A stretch of DNA of 64,000 nucleotides from a bacterium. GTDB taxonomy: Bacteria; UBP15; UBA6099. Where the stretch lies: positions 32,227 through 96,226 of the forward strand of contig JAKQPS010000113.1 of NCBI GenBank assembly GCA_029564595.1, in the 5' to 3' direction. Shown here one piece after another: positions 38,992-48,890 of the stretch. The stretch's first letter is position 1; every line of letters starts with the position of its first letter. Below the pieces are notes generated by a model. That model saw only the letters and a program-made list of their open reading frames with translations, searched no databases and had not been told where the DNA came from. Made by a program: the position numbers and the translations under genes.

Positions 38992-39215
38992 CCCGGATTC
39001 GTCGGTAGAGCCGACGAATCCTGTGCGATTTAGATAGCGGCGAACTGATTCGTTGCCGCCACATTCTTAGTTCAGTAGGGTCGCGGTTTCCGCGCCCAAT
39101 GACTACGACAATTTGGGGCGGGGCAACCCCGCCCCTACTTCAGAAATGCGCGTTGAGCTTTGCATTTCATCTGATCTGAATAATCGCTCCAGAATCATAA
39201 TGAAGGATTCAGGAT
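38992..39215 (+). repeat. Copy A of the structured intergenic repeat family (about 224 nt)
   Basis: Hairpins gattcgtcgg-tagag-ccgacgaatc, ggcgcgg-ttt-ccgcgcc, ggggcgggg-caa-ccccgcccc, gaatc-N9-gattc. Homologous to 53704-53926. Confidence 0.75.
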
Positions 39216-39231
39216 TTCCCACCAATGCGGG

Positions 39232-40374
39232 CTAAAACGCGAACTCGGCGTATTCGTATTCGCAAGGGTGTCCGTAAAGGACTTTGAATTTTTTCGACGC
39301 CGGATAGAGTATCACGGACAATGTGGTGCAGAAATAATCGCTGTGCCTGCACACCGTGTTGTCCGAGCCGATGCCGTCCGCGCCGTGGTCTGAAAAAATC
39401 CTGATAAGGTCTTCCTCAGAAAACTTCTGTTGCTTGGAGAGAAGTTCCTCAAGCCGGGCTAGCCTGACTTCGGAGGACTCTCTGCATCTCTTGCCGCGAA
39501 GAGCCGGCACGTTGGTCCTCGAATATACGGCGGACGGCGGAACGTCAACTTTCGCGAGCCTTTCAGTCAGATAGTGGTTCGTGTGGGCAATGACGCCTTC
39601 CTTCGGCTTACGCTCATCCACCATAGTCTTCGAGATTTCGACCGAGCGCAGGTCGCCCTGAGCATCGCAAATCATCCAAAGCGCGCACCCGTTATACTTG
39701 CTTTTTCTCAGAAACACTATCGCCTCGGCTGTTGTTTTGCACTTCTCTAGAGTGTCCTGAAGAGCCATAGTCATGGGAACCGAATTTGAGGAGGCGTCCT
39801 GCCCGTAGCCGTAGTTGTAAGTAATGGAAAGACCATGCTCGTTAATAGAGTCGTGGCTGCCCGCCAGAGGGGCGTTAGTCGCTGCTAGAACGCGGTATCC
39901 GTCGCTCGGAACGTCCATGCGGACAAGATGTGTGGGGGAGAAAAATTCGGGATAGTCGAAATTTTTGATAATAATCGGCTCGCCGGATGCGGACCTTTCA
40001 GAGGCGACGGCCGCCGCGCTGCACGCGCCGCCTATAAAATGAGTCTTTGCCATCTCTATTTCCATCGACTGAAGGAAAATCATGTGCTTCATACCTTCGC
40101 CCGCGCCCTCTGCTATGCCTTCGAGCCGGGCGTGCTGACGAGGCGAATCCTTCTTGATTCCCGCCGCGAAATCTCCCCACATTTTCATTTTTGCCAGTTT
40201 GAGGAACAGCCCGGTCGGAAGAAAGAAAGGCTTGATGGCTTTTAACTCAGGAGAAGTCGCCAACATTGAATGGGAGTGTTTAATGATGTCCACGCAAGCG
40301 CGCCCCTGCTGGGCGCCCATTTCTTTATGCGAGCCTTTGAATATTTTTATTTGTATGTCCGACTTCTTTCTCAT
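39232..40374 (-). CDS. Peptidase C45 / acyl-CoA:6-aminopenicillanic-acid acyltransferase-family protein
   Basis: Ntn-hydrolase-like layout with a candidate nucleophile Cys in FIGGACSAAAV. Confidence 0.6.
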   Translation of the reverse strand: MRKKSDIQIKIFKGSHKEMGAQQGRACVDIIKHSHSMLATSPELKAIKPFFLPTGLFLKLAKMKMWGDFAAGIKKDSPRQHARLEGIAEGAGEGMKHMIFLQSMEIEMAKTHFIGGACSAAAVASERSASGEPIIIKNFDYPEFFSPTHLVRMDVPSDGYRVLAATNAPLAGSHDSINEHGLSITYNYGYGQDASSNSVPMTMALQDTLEKCKTTAEAIVFLRKSKYNGCALWMICDAQGDLRSVEISKTMVDERKPKEGVIAHTNHYLTERLAKVDVPPSAVYSRTNVPALRGKRCRESSEVRLARLEELLSKQQKFSEEDLIRIFSDHGADGIGSDNTVCRHSDYFCTTLSVILYPASKKFKVLYGHPCEYEYAEFAF

Positions 40375-40509
40375 GGTTCCTCCATCGGCAGGGCCGCTTT
40401 TCGAGTTTATTCATTATATGTCATTATCCAGAGTTGTTTGAAATATTTTTGACGCTGCCGGTTCGACGCGAAGCTTTTATCTTAAAATAGACGCGCGGAG
40501 GGTTTCCTA

Positions 40510-41037
40510 ATGTACAAATTCAAAGTGATCGAGCCGTTCGCGTGCGATAAGGAAAAAGCGTTCGAAACAACGACGCGGGATTTCGACGGTCTGGAGAAAT
40601 ATATAAAAAATGTGACTATGATAAAAACGGAGACGCATGAGAAATCCCCGGAAGGCGTCGAACGCTGGATGCTCATGTTTCACGGCGACGGAGCGATACC
40701 GCTGATAGCGCGAGCGGTTGTGAAACCCGACATGCTGCGCTGGCGCGAGGAACTCATCTGCGACCCCGCCGACTTGACAATCAAATGGAAAATCATCACC
40801 AACCATTTCACAGAATATTTTCATTGCGACGGAGTGACACATTACATCGACGCGCCCGAAGGCAGTCGCGTGGAAATCGACGGCAGGCTGTGGGTCGATC
40901 CAATGAAAATCCCCGGAATATCGGAAAATCTTGTGCGCCGGGCCATAGAAAAACTGGAACCGTTTATCGGCGCGCTAATCTCGCCCAACCTAAAAGTGTT
41001 TTACAAGGCGATAAAAAAGAGAGAGAATATCAAATGA
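40510..41037 (+). CDS. Hypothetical protein (possible SRPBCC-like fold)
   Basis: 175-aa ORF, no strong motif. Confidence 0.35.
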   Translation: MYKFKVIEPFACDKEKAFETTTRDFDGLEKYIKNVTMIKTETHEKSPEGVERWMLMFHGDGAIPLIARAVVKPDMLRWREELICDPADLTIKWKIITNHFTEYFHCDGVTHYIDAPEGSRVEIDGRLWVDPMKIPGISENLVRRAIEKLEPFIGALISPNLKVFYKAIKKRENIK

Positions 41038-41081
41038 CGGCGCGCGGACTCAGCCGCGACCGATAAGGAAGCCGCAAGACT

Positions 41082-41522
41082 ATGGCTGAAAAAAGAGAAA
41101 CTGAAAAACACGTTGCCGATGGACTCCGATTCGAGTGCAAGCGAGGCTGCGTGAAGTGTTGCGAGATTCCCGGCGCGGTGTTCGTGCATGAGCGCGAAAT
41201 TCCCGCAATGGCCAAGTTCTTTGAAATGTCTCCGGAAGAATTCATAAGCGCGCATCTGAACAGACATCTGGGTGGCGTCTATCAATTCAATTTCGACGAC
41301 GACGAGCCTTGCAGGTTCCTCCAGCCTTCCGGTTGCTCGATATACGAGGTGCGCCCCGCGCAATGCAGCTCGTTCCCGTTCTGGCCAGAAAATATTTCAA
41401 ACCCCGAAGAATGGGAAAAATTGAGAGCTATGTGTCCGGGCATAGGCCGCGGACGAGTCTATTCTATTGATGAGATTACTGAAATCATGACCACCGTCTG
41501 CTACGGCCCGTTCATTTACTGA
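41082..41522 (+). CDS. YkgJ-family cysteine-cluster protein (CxxCxxCC)
   Basis: CKRGCVKCCE cluster plus downstream Cys residues. Confidence 0.65.
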   Translation: MAEKRETEKHVADGLRFECKRGCVKCCEIPGAVFVHEREIPAMAKFFEMSPEEFISAHLNRHLGGVYQFNFDDDEPCRFLQPSGCSIYEVRPAQCSSFPFWPENISNPEEWEKLRAMCPGIGRGRVYSIDEITEIMTTVCYGPFIY

Positions 41523-41946
41523 TTTGTTTCGCGCATGCCGATGACTTTGGACATGTCAGTTTGATTGAAAAAGGTTCCCAGCAAACTTTTCACTAGAAGA
41601 CAAAATACAATCGGCTGTCCTATATGTCGTAATTGTGCTATTTGGCGCTTTATCATCATTGATATTATCAATAATAAGCGATAGCGCAATCACGATTCAG
41701 CAAATATGCTTATTGCTATTGTGTTATTTGCTTAATAGATATTGTTTGGCGTTAACCCTAACGAATAAGCTTTTCGTATCGTTTCGCATGACAGAATAAC
41801 TGCAAAAATAAATAAATGACACAATAAAAACATTTTGCACATGCGGTTTTTTATTGTAACATATTTTTAGATGTCGATTCTAGCGATTCGGCGTCGCGAT
41901 CTTTTTCGCGAAGCTTGCGAACTAAAATCGAGGACAAAGGCCAAAC

Positions 41947-42294
41947 ATGAAGAATAATGCATCCGGGTTCACCGCTATCGAGGTCATTTTAATAGTAATC
42001 GCCATCAGCATACTTGCGGCAATAGTGATTCCCCGGTTCATGGTCAACACCCGCATGGCTAGAGTTCAGTCCTGCGAGATGAACAGGGCGATAATCAACA
42101 CTCAAGTCGAGAGTTATTATCAGTTCGAGGCCACATGGCCGATGGACACGCTTGACGATATAAAAATCAATCCGAGATATTTTCCGGACGGGATACCGAC
42201 CTGCCCGCTCGACGAATCTTCATACCAGCTTATTACATCGCCGCACCACAGAGTTTCCGGTCACCGAGAAGGAGCCGGCACTCACGTTTTTTGA
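41947..42294 (+). CDS. Prepilin-type N-terminal cleavage/methylation-domain protein (type IV pilin or pseudopilin)
   Basis: Class III signal GFTAIEVILIVIAISILAAIVIPRF. Preceded by a 420-bp AT-rich regulatory region. Confidence 0.75.
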   Translation: MKNNASGFTAIEVILIVIAISILAAIVIPRFMVNTRMARVQSCEMNRAIINTQVESYYQFEATWPMDTLDDIKINPRYFPDGIPTCPLDESSYQLITSPHHRVSGHREGAGTHVF

Positions 42295-42602
42295 TTTAAA
42301 AAACACGTTTGAAACAGTTCTCGACATCGGCGTTTTGGATCCACAATTGAAAAAGTTGTTTAACCACTTTGCTAGAGCTTAATGCTTATATTCGTTTTTC
42401 GATGGCGAATCAGACGAATCGGTTTGAATCATTTCAAATAGCGGCGATGAATCGCCAAAATTCAAGGGTGTGATAGTTTTACCAGTTCTTAATTGATTTT
42501 ACCTATCGAACACCCACAACTGGGTTGTGGGCGCCCACCCAGCACAATGGGTAAAATCCTTTAATGCCTCGTACATGTATACCATATGGAAAACGGAGAA
42601 AC

Positions 42603-42642
42603 ATGCAAAAAAGCGGATCCCATATAGAGGACCCGCCTTTTT
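42603..42642. terminator. Putative bidirectional terminator (aaaaagcggatcc..ggacccgccttttt)
   Basis: Hairpin flanked by an A-run and a T-run, sitting between the convergent pilin and glnA genes. Confidence 0.45.
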
Positions 42643-42731
42643 GAAGTTTATCTTGCCGTAAAACCCCTGTATCGTCGGCGTCTTACATTCAGCCGAAAAC
42701 GCGCGAGGGGAAATCTTGATTCCTCAACTTT

Positions 42732-44063
42732 TCACAGAATCGGCAGCAACTTGTCAAGTTCGTATCTGGTGACCTGCATCCTGTATTCTTCCCATTCCGC
42801 TTTCTTGACGTTGATAAACCTTGTAAACGCGTGATCTCCGAGTGCGCGCCTGACAAGCTCGCTTTCCTCTGCGATCGCCACCGCTTCTCCGAGGTTGTCC
42901 GGAAGAGACTTTATGCCTAGCTGTTTTCTCTCTGCGGAAGTCAACTCGTAAAGATTCTTTTCCATCGGCTCGGTGAACTCGTAGCCTTTCTCAATGCCGT
43001 CAAGCCCGGCATGGAGCATCACCGCGAAAGTAAGGTACGGGTTGCAGGCGGGGTCCGGGCAGCGCAACTCGATGCGAGTGGCGTTCTCCCGTCCGGGATG
43101 ATACATCGGAACCCTTATGAGCGCCGACCTGTTTCTCATCGACCATGCGATGTAAACGGGAGCCTCGTAACCGGGGACCAGCCTCTTGTACGAGTTCACC
43201 CACTGCGCGAAAATCGCGCTCATCTCTCTGGCGTGCGTCAACTGTCCGGCGATAAAATGCTTTGCTTCTTTGGTCAGATTGTATTTTTCTTCAGGCGCGA
43301 AAAACGCGTTGCGTCCGCCTTTGAACAGAGACTGATGCACGTGCATTCCGCTTCCGGCTTCGCCGAACAGCGGTTTTGGCATGAATGTGGCGTGAAGGCC
43401 GTGCTTGCGCGCCACTTCTTTTACTACCACTCTGTACGTTATCACATTGTCCGCCATGTCCAGAGCCGGGCCGTACCTCATGTCGATTTCATGCTGGCTC
43501 GGACCGTTCTCATGGTGGCTATACTCGACTTTGATTCCCATTTCCTCAAGGGCGAGCACCGTCTCGCGCCGCACCTCGCTGGCGGAATCGAGGTCCAGAT
43601 CAAAATAAGTCCCCTTATCGAGCGGGTCCAGTTCGGCGGACTGCTTCAGATAGAAGAACTCAGGCTCCGGGCCGACGAAATAGTTGTCAAAGCCCATTTT
43701 CTGGGCGCGCTCGACGGCCTTCCTCAGAATCTGCCTCGGATCCCCGTCGTAAGGCTCCCCTTGCGGGGTCTTAACGTCGCAGATCATGCGGCCCACCGGT
43801 TTTTCCTTAGGCCGCCACGGAGCGAGCCTGAACGTCGTCGGATCCGGAAACGCCACCATGTCGCTCTCTTCGATGTCCTGATACCCTGTCACCGAAGACC
43901 CGTCGAACCCCATCCCGCTTTCCATCGCGTTCTCAAGCTCTCTTCTGGTTATCTCGAAACTTTTTACGCGGCCCAGTATATCCGCGAACCACATCCTTAC
44001 GAACTTCACATCCTCGTCCTTAATTATCTTAAGGACCTCTTCATTGGTTTTAGCGGTGACCAT
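42732..44063 (-). CDS. glnA: Glutamine synthetase type I
   Basis: 443 aa. GS-I signatures (FDGSS, NAYKRLVPGYEAP, RVP...R). Confidence 0.9.
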   Translation of the reverse strand: MVTAKTNEEVLKIIKDEDVKFVRMWFADILGRVKSFEITRRELENAMESGMGFDGSSVTGYQDIEESDMVAFPDPTTFRLAPWRPKEKPVGRMICDVKTPQGEPYDGDPRQILRKAVERAQKMGFDNYFVGPEPEFFYLKQSAELDPLDKGTYFDLDLDSASEVRRETVLALEEMGIKVEYSHHENGPSQHEIDMRYGPALDMADNVITYRVVVKEVARKHGLHATFMPKPLFGEAGSGMHVHQSLFKGGRNAFFAPEEKYNLTKEAKHFIAGQLTHAREMSAIFAQWVNSYKRLVPGYEAPVYIAWSMRNRSALIRVPMYHPGRENATRIELRCPDPACNPYLTFAVMLHAGLDGIEKGYEFTEPMEKNLYELTSAERKQLGIKSLPDNLGEAVAIAEESELVRRALGDHAFTRFINVKKAEWEEYRMQVTRYELDKLLPIL

Positions 44064-44205
44064 TTTACACTCCTTCTAATAATATTGTTTTTGCGAACAT
44101 CTTCGGATGGCTCAAGTCCGTCCGGCGCGCGCATTCCAACATAATATCCATATCGTCCCGGCTAACAAGCGCCGGGGTGAATTAAATGCCTTTTAAAACA
44201 GTCGC

Positions 44206-45654
44206 TCATTTCTTTGCTTCTTGGATTTCTTTCTCTGTTGAAACTTCTTTTCCTTCAAACTCCTCTTCGGGAGCGGGAAGGAATTTCCTTTCCACCATAA
44301 ACTCTCCCGTGCTCTGGTTCATCCGTATCAGATCGACATGGTCGAAAACGAAAGCTCCATTTTCGTCTACATGCAGGGTTATTAAAGCGGCGGAATAACT
44401 CGGCTTTTCCTCTGATTCGATATATCTGGCTCCGGCGGCTCCCGTCGTTCCGGCAACAATCAAAACGGAGTCCCCTATCCTTTCTGCGCTTATCGAATGA
44501 GCGTGGCCGCTCAATACAACCGGCGCCAGCCCCGCCGCAGCCGCCCCTATTTCAGGATTGTGAACCATCAAGACATCTGGCTTTTTCTTCAACTTCGATA
44601 GTTTCTCGATTATCCTTCCTGTCGCCTCAAGCGTCTCTTCAGGGTCCACTTCCGCGTCGAATGAAACCTTGCCTTTGGGGTCGCCGAATCCGATTATTCG
44701 CAGTTTGCCGTGAACCGCGATATCGCCGTCCAGAACCCGCAGTCCGAAATCCCGTTTCAACTCTTCGACGACTTCCGGCGAATCATGGTTTCCTGACACG
44801 AAAAAGTGCGGCTTGCTGATGCCTTTTAAAGAATCCATCAATTTAAGCTCAAGGGCGGTTCCCATGTCCGTCATATCGCCTGTGTTCATTATCAAATCCG
44901 GCGAAAGGCCTTTGACGAGAACTTTCACGAAGTCGCCCGCGAGAGGATTATTATGGATATCCGAGATGTGAAGGATTCTGATTCTGCCGGCATTTTCCTT
45001 CTCGCTGTAACGGTCCAACTCGACATAGAACGACGACATGTTGGCCGCCATATCCCGCACATATTTGCGAAGGTTCCTGCCTCCTTCGACGCTCCTGTTA
45101 ATGTTGTCCACAATCTCCGGCGCGTATGTTATTAGACCCCGGTATGTCGGCTGTCTGAAAGCGTCCAACTGATATTGGGTTAGCACAACAGCGCCCAAAG
45201 CCGCCGCTGACGCGAGTCCGATCCCCGCTCCTAAAATGATTTCAATTAGTCTGATTCTTCTTCCTATAGAAGCTCCGGCGGCTCCGCCTACGGCGGCGAG
45301 AGCTAACACTACTAGGATAAATTCTCCTACCGCCTTCTGCGCATTATCCTTCATTGTCTCAAGAAGGTCGTCGAATCCGACGCCGTCTGCGATTATCTCG
45401 TCGATGGACTCCTCGTGAATTCTTTCCAGCCCGACAATGATTTTTACAGGGGCTGAATGCGTTTTTGCTGAAACCTCGCCGAACGGGTAAATCGCAAGGA
45501 GAGTCTCGCCGCTCGCCGCGGGAGCAATTGAAAACCGGGCGCGGATAATCCCTAATTCTGCGGTCCGGGACGCTGACATAAACACAAACGCAAGCGAGAA
45601 CATAGCGGATGTCGCCGCAAGAACCGCAAGCGAGAGTATTTTCTTTTTGTTCAT
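44206..45654 (-). CDS. Membrane-anchored calcineurin-like metallophosphoesterase
   Basis: N-terminal TM segments, then MPP motifs ILHISDIHN, GDMTDMG, GNHD, GHAH. Confidence 0.7.
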   Translation of the reverse strand: MNKKKILSLAVLAATSAMFSLAFVFMSASRTAELGIIRARFSIAPAASGETLLAIYPFGEVSAKTHSAPVKIIVGLERIHEESIDEIIADGVGFDDLLETMKDNAQKAVGEFILVVLALAAVGGAAGASIGRRIRLIEIILGAGIGLASAAALGAVVLTQYQLDAFRQPTYRGLITYAPEIVDNINRSVEGGRNLRKYVRDMAANMSSFYVELDRYSEKENAGRIRILHISDIHNNPLAGDFVKVLVKGLSPDLIMNTGDMTDMGTALELKLMDSLKGISKPHFFVSGNHDSPEVVEELKRDFGLRVLDGDIAVHGKLRIIGFGDPKGKVSFDAEVDPEETLEATGRIIEKLSKLKKKPDVLMVHNPEIGAAAAGLAPVVLSGHAHSISAERIGDSVLIVAGTTGAAGARYIESEEKPSYSAALITLHVDENGAFVFDHVDLIRMNQSTGEFMVERKFLPAPEEEFEGKEVSTEKEIQEAKK

Positions 45655-45688
45655 TCGGAATTCCGCCGCGTTTCAGCCCGATTCAATG

Positions 45689-46294
45689 TCAATCGTTCAT
45701 CAGAATAAGCCTTGAGAACTTCGCCGGGGCGCGATTCTTGGCTCGCCCCACTGCCTTTTTGCCTTCGAGAAATCCTATTTCCAACGCCTTCATATTTAAC
45801 GCTTCGGTTCCTTTCGGGGAACGCGAAAGAACCGCCGCTTTAATGGCGTTTTTCGACACCACTCCGGTCGCTTCCGCAAGAGCGCCGAGCGACAGGGAGT
45901 TCATCGCTTGCAAAGAACCGGCTTTCTCCCTTGCAAGCGAAGTCATCGGAATCTCGTATGCCGTCGAGATCGGTATCTGAGAGCATAAATCCGAATTGAC
46001 GATAAGCGTTCCCGTCTCTTTAAGGTCCATAAAATACTCGTCTAGAGAAGCCTGATTGTAGCACATCAGAATATCAAGATTCTTCGCTTTCGGGTAATCG
46101 ATGTAACTGTCGCTGATGACCACCTCGGCCTTGCAGTTGCCGCCTCTGGCCTCCGGCCCGTAACTCTGTGTCTGGCACACGTATCGCCCGTCGTGAATCC
46201 CGGCCGCTTCAGCAAGAATTATCGAGGCCAGAATGACCCCTTGGCCTCCTGAACCGGCTATCCTTATTTTTATTCTCTCTTTTTCTATTTTCAT
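45689..46294 (-). CDS. korC: 2-oxoacid:ferredoxin oxidoreductase gamma subunit
   Basis: Gamma-subunit family (IAGSGGQGVILAS). Confidence 0.8.
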   Translation of the reverse strand: MKIEKERIKIRIAGSGGQGVILASIILAEAAGIHDGRYVCQTQSYGPEARGGNCKAEVVISDSYIDYPKAKNLDILMCYNQASLDEYFMDLKETGTLIVNSDLCSQIPISTAYEIPMTSLAREKAGSLQAMNSLSLGALAEATGVVSKNAIKAAVLSRSPKGTEALNMKALEIGFLEGKKAVGRAKNRAPAKFSRLILMND

Positions 46295-46296
46295 CT

Positions 46297-47124
46297 TTAT
46301 GCGCCGCCTCCGGATTTCCGGATTACCTCGTCATACATCTCGCAATACTCCGGATAATCGAAGTCGGCAAGAATCCCAATCTCCATCTTGCCCATCCTCT
46401 CTTCATCCGAGAGTTTCTGAAACGCCTCTGTCCTTACGCTGTTGTCGCGCATCCAGCGCATCATGTCAGTCGGCTTTCCCATCTTGTTCCTTCTTCCGAA
46501 AGTGGTGTGGCAATAAGCGGCTACTTCGAGCATACAGAACCCTTTTTTCGTAATCGCGCTCATTATCAGATTGTCCAGCATGGGGACGTGATAGACGGTT
46601 CCGCGGGCGACCCAAGAGGCGCCAGACCCGCGCGCAAGCTCGCAGATGTCGAACGGGCGCTCGATATTGCCAAACGCGGAGGTGGCGGACTTCGCTCCCA
46701 TCGGAGTCGTCGGCGAATACTGTCCTCCCGTCATTCCGTACACGTTGTTGTTTATCACTATCGCGCAAAGGTCGATGTTGCGCCTCGCGGTGTGTATGAA
46801 ATGGTTGCCGCCTATCGCCGTCGCGTCTCCGTCTCCCATCACGACTATCACGGTCAGTTTCGGATTGGCAAGCTTTATGCCGGTGGCGAAGGACAGCGCC
46901 CGGCCGTGCGTGGTGTGAAGCGTGTTGAAATCCACATACACAGGGAGCCTCCCCGAACACCCTATGCCAGAAACCACCACCACGTTGTCCTGATCCAGCC
47001 CCAGCCTGTCTATCGCCCTTATCATCGCCCCCATCAGAATCCCGTCTCCGCAGCCGGGACACCACAAATGAGGGAATTTCTTTTCGGATCGGAGGTATTT
47101 GTGAACCAGTTTCGTGCGCTCCAT
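46297..47124 (-). CDS. korB: 2-oxoacid:ferredoxin oxidoreductase beta subunit (TPP-binding)
   Basis: CPGCGDG plus TPP motif GDGDxxxIGGNH. Confidence 0.9.
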   Translation of the reverse strand: MERTKLVHKYLRSEKKFPHLWCPGCGDGILMGAMIRAIDRLGLDQDNVVVVSGIGCSGRLPVYVDFNTLHTTHGRALSFATGIKLANPKLTVIVVMGDGDATAIGGNHFIHTARRNIDLCAIVINNNVYGMTGGQYSPTTPMGAKSATSAFGNIERPFDICELARGSGASWVARGTVYHVPMLDNLIMSAITKKGFCMLEVAAYCHTTFGRRNKMGKPTDMMRWMRDNSVRTEAFQKLSDEERMGKMEIGILADFDYPEYCEMYDEVIRKSGGGA

Positions 47125-47125
47125 C

Positions 47126-48358
47126 TCACTCTACCTCCAGAATTGCGTGAAGTATCTCTTCAGGCTCTATCATCGCTCCGTCGAACCTGTTGAGCGGCAC
47201 AACTGAACAACGACCGCATGCGTGCCTTTCGACTTCTCCCACCAACTGCCCCTGATTCATCTCAGGCACTATTATCGCGTCCACATGCTCCGACAGCCTC
47301 TGCACGGCTCTGACCGGGAACGGCCACAGCGTCAGCAGTCTGACTATCCCGGCCTTGGAACCGCCCTTTCTGGCCATCGTCACCGCCCGCCGCGCGCTCC
47401 TCGATGTTGAACCATACGATAGCACCGCCACCTTCGCGTCGTCGATAAACTCCGTCTCGACCATTATCAGTTCTCTGCGCGCCTTCTCTATCTTGGTTGT
47501 TAACCTCGTAAGAAATTCCTTTATCTCGTCCTGCCTCTGTGTCGGGAAACCGTGCTGGTCGTGAACCAGTCCCGTAATGTGATAGCGGTATCCGTCTCCA
47601 AATGCGGCCATAGGAGGAACGCCAGTCGGCGTGTTTTCATACGGGATGTGCCATTCCGGAGGCACTGACGGCTTGACACGGTTGACCACCGGTATGTTCG
47701 CCTCAGCGGGCAGAGTCATTTTCTCTCTCATGTGCCCCACGATTTCATCCATCAGCAGTATCACCGGCGTGCGATACTTCTCAGAAAAATTAAACGCTTT
47801 TATGGTAAGCGTGTAACACTCTTCAACTGAATTAGGGCAGAGAACTATTATCCGCTGGTCTCCGTGACGGCCCCATCTGGCCTGCATGACGTCGCCCTGA
47901 GCCGGATTGGTCGGCAAACCCGTGCTTGGGCCTCCCCTCATCACGTTGACAACCACGCACGGAACTTCCGCGATTATTCCGAACCCTATGTTTTCCTGCA
48001 TCAGGGAAAACCCCGGCCCGCTTGTCGCCGTCATGGATTTCAGTCCGGCTATGGACGCCCCGATTATTGCCGCCATGCTGGCTATCTCGTCTTCCATCTG
48101 TATGAATTTGCCACCCACCGCAGGCAGCCGTGTGGACAAAACTTCAGATATTTCAGTTGCCGGAGTTATCGGATAACCGGCGAAGAAACCCAAACCGGCT
48201 GCAAGCGCGCCTTCAACGCACGCTTCGTTGCCGCTTATCAGAACGATCTGGCCGGCGTCGCTCTTGGAAGCGGCGGCGCGTTTGGCCTTTTGTTGAGGCT
48301 GTTGCCGCGACGTTCCCTTATTCTTTCCGTCTTTTGCTTCAGTCGCTTTTTTCTCCAT
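47126..48358 (-). CDS. korA: 2-oxoacid:ferredoxin oxidoreductase alpha subunit
   Basis: ISGNEACVEGALAAG..GYPITP. Start uncertain: the longest ORF (to 48397) carries a Lys-rich N-terminal tail and overlaps the delta gene. Confidence 0.85.
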   Translation of the reverse strand: MEKKATEAKDGKNKGTSRQQPQQKAKRAAASKSDAGQIVLISGNEACVEGALAAGLGFFAGYPITPATEISEVLSTRLPAVGGKFIQMEDEIASMAAIIGASIAGLKSMTATSGPGFSLMQENIGFGIIAEVPCVVVNVMRGGPSTGLPTNPAQGDVMQARWGRHGDQRIIVLCPNSVEECYTLTIKAFNFSEKYRTPVILLMDEIVGHMREKMTLPAEANIPVVNRVKPSVPPEWHIPYENTPTGVPPMAAFGDGYRYHITGLVHDQHGFPTQRQDEIKEFLTRLTTKIEKARRELIMVETEFIDDAKVAVLSYGSTSRSARRAVTMARKGGSKAGIVRLLTLWPFPVRAVQRLSEHVDAIIVPEMNQGQLVGEVERHACGRCSVVPLNRFDGAMIEPEEILHAILEVE

Positions 48359-48635
48359 TGCCGCTTCCCCCTTTCTTTTTTGTTCGCGTGATGGCAAAAT
48401 CAGGGCATCTCAGTTCGCACACGCCGCAGCTTACACAATCCGATGGCTTGGCCAGTTTTGCTTTCTGCTTGGCTTCGTCTAGTATCAGAGCGCCCTGAGG
48501 ACAGAACTCGACGCAAATTCCGCATCCCTTGCACCATTTCTCGAACACCACTATCGGAAGGTCTACGCCGTTGACTTCGTCCTGTTCGACGCGTCCCACA
48601 AGGTCGGGTTTTCTCCGACTCTTCGCTTTAACCAT
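48339..48635 (-). CDS. korD: 2-oxoacid:ferredoxin oxidoreductase delta subunit (2x[4Fe-4S] ferredoxin)
   Basis: CKGCGICVEFCP and CVSCGVCELRCP. Start at MVKAKSRR. Confidence 0.8.
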   Translation of the reverse strand: MVKAKSRRKPDLVGRVEQDEVNGVDLPIVVFEKWCKGCGICVEFCPQGALILDEAKQKAKLAKPSDCVSCGVCELRCPDFAITRTKKKGGSGNGEKSD

Positions 48636-48890
48636 GCATGCGCCTCCCCTGTCGTCGTCTCCGCATATTATACTACCGGGAAAACTTAAATACATGTCGA
48701 AAAACGAATTCAACCATATCATGCCCAGACGCGAAACGATGCCGCCGATTATCCGCGCCCGCGTATTGCCTGTCCGCAATGCATTACACAAATTTCAATA
48801 TTTTTAAAACCCTTGCCCGCGCGCTTAAAATTCTGCTAAACTACTAATCGCAAGGCGCATGTGAAAAAAATAACAAGGGGGCCGGGTTTT

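Noticed and set aside
42513-42531. Palindrome cccacaac-tgg-gttgtggg in the pilin/glnA intergenic region
   Set aside because: An isolated short hairpin with no repeat partner elsewhere in the window. It is possibly just part of the glnA 3' UTR.
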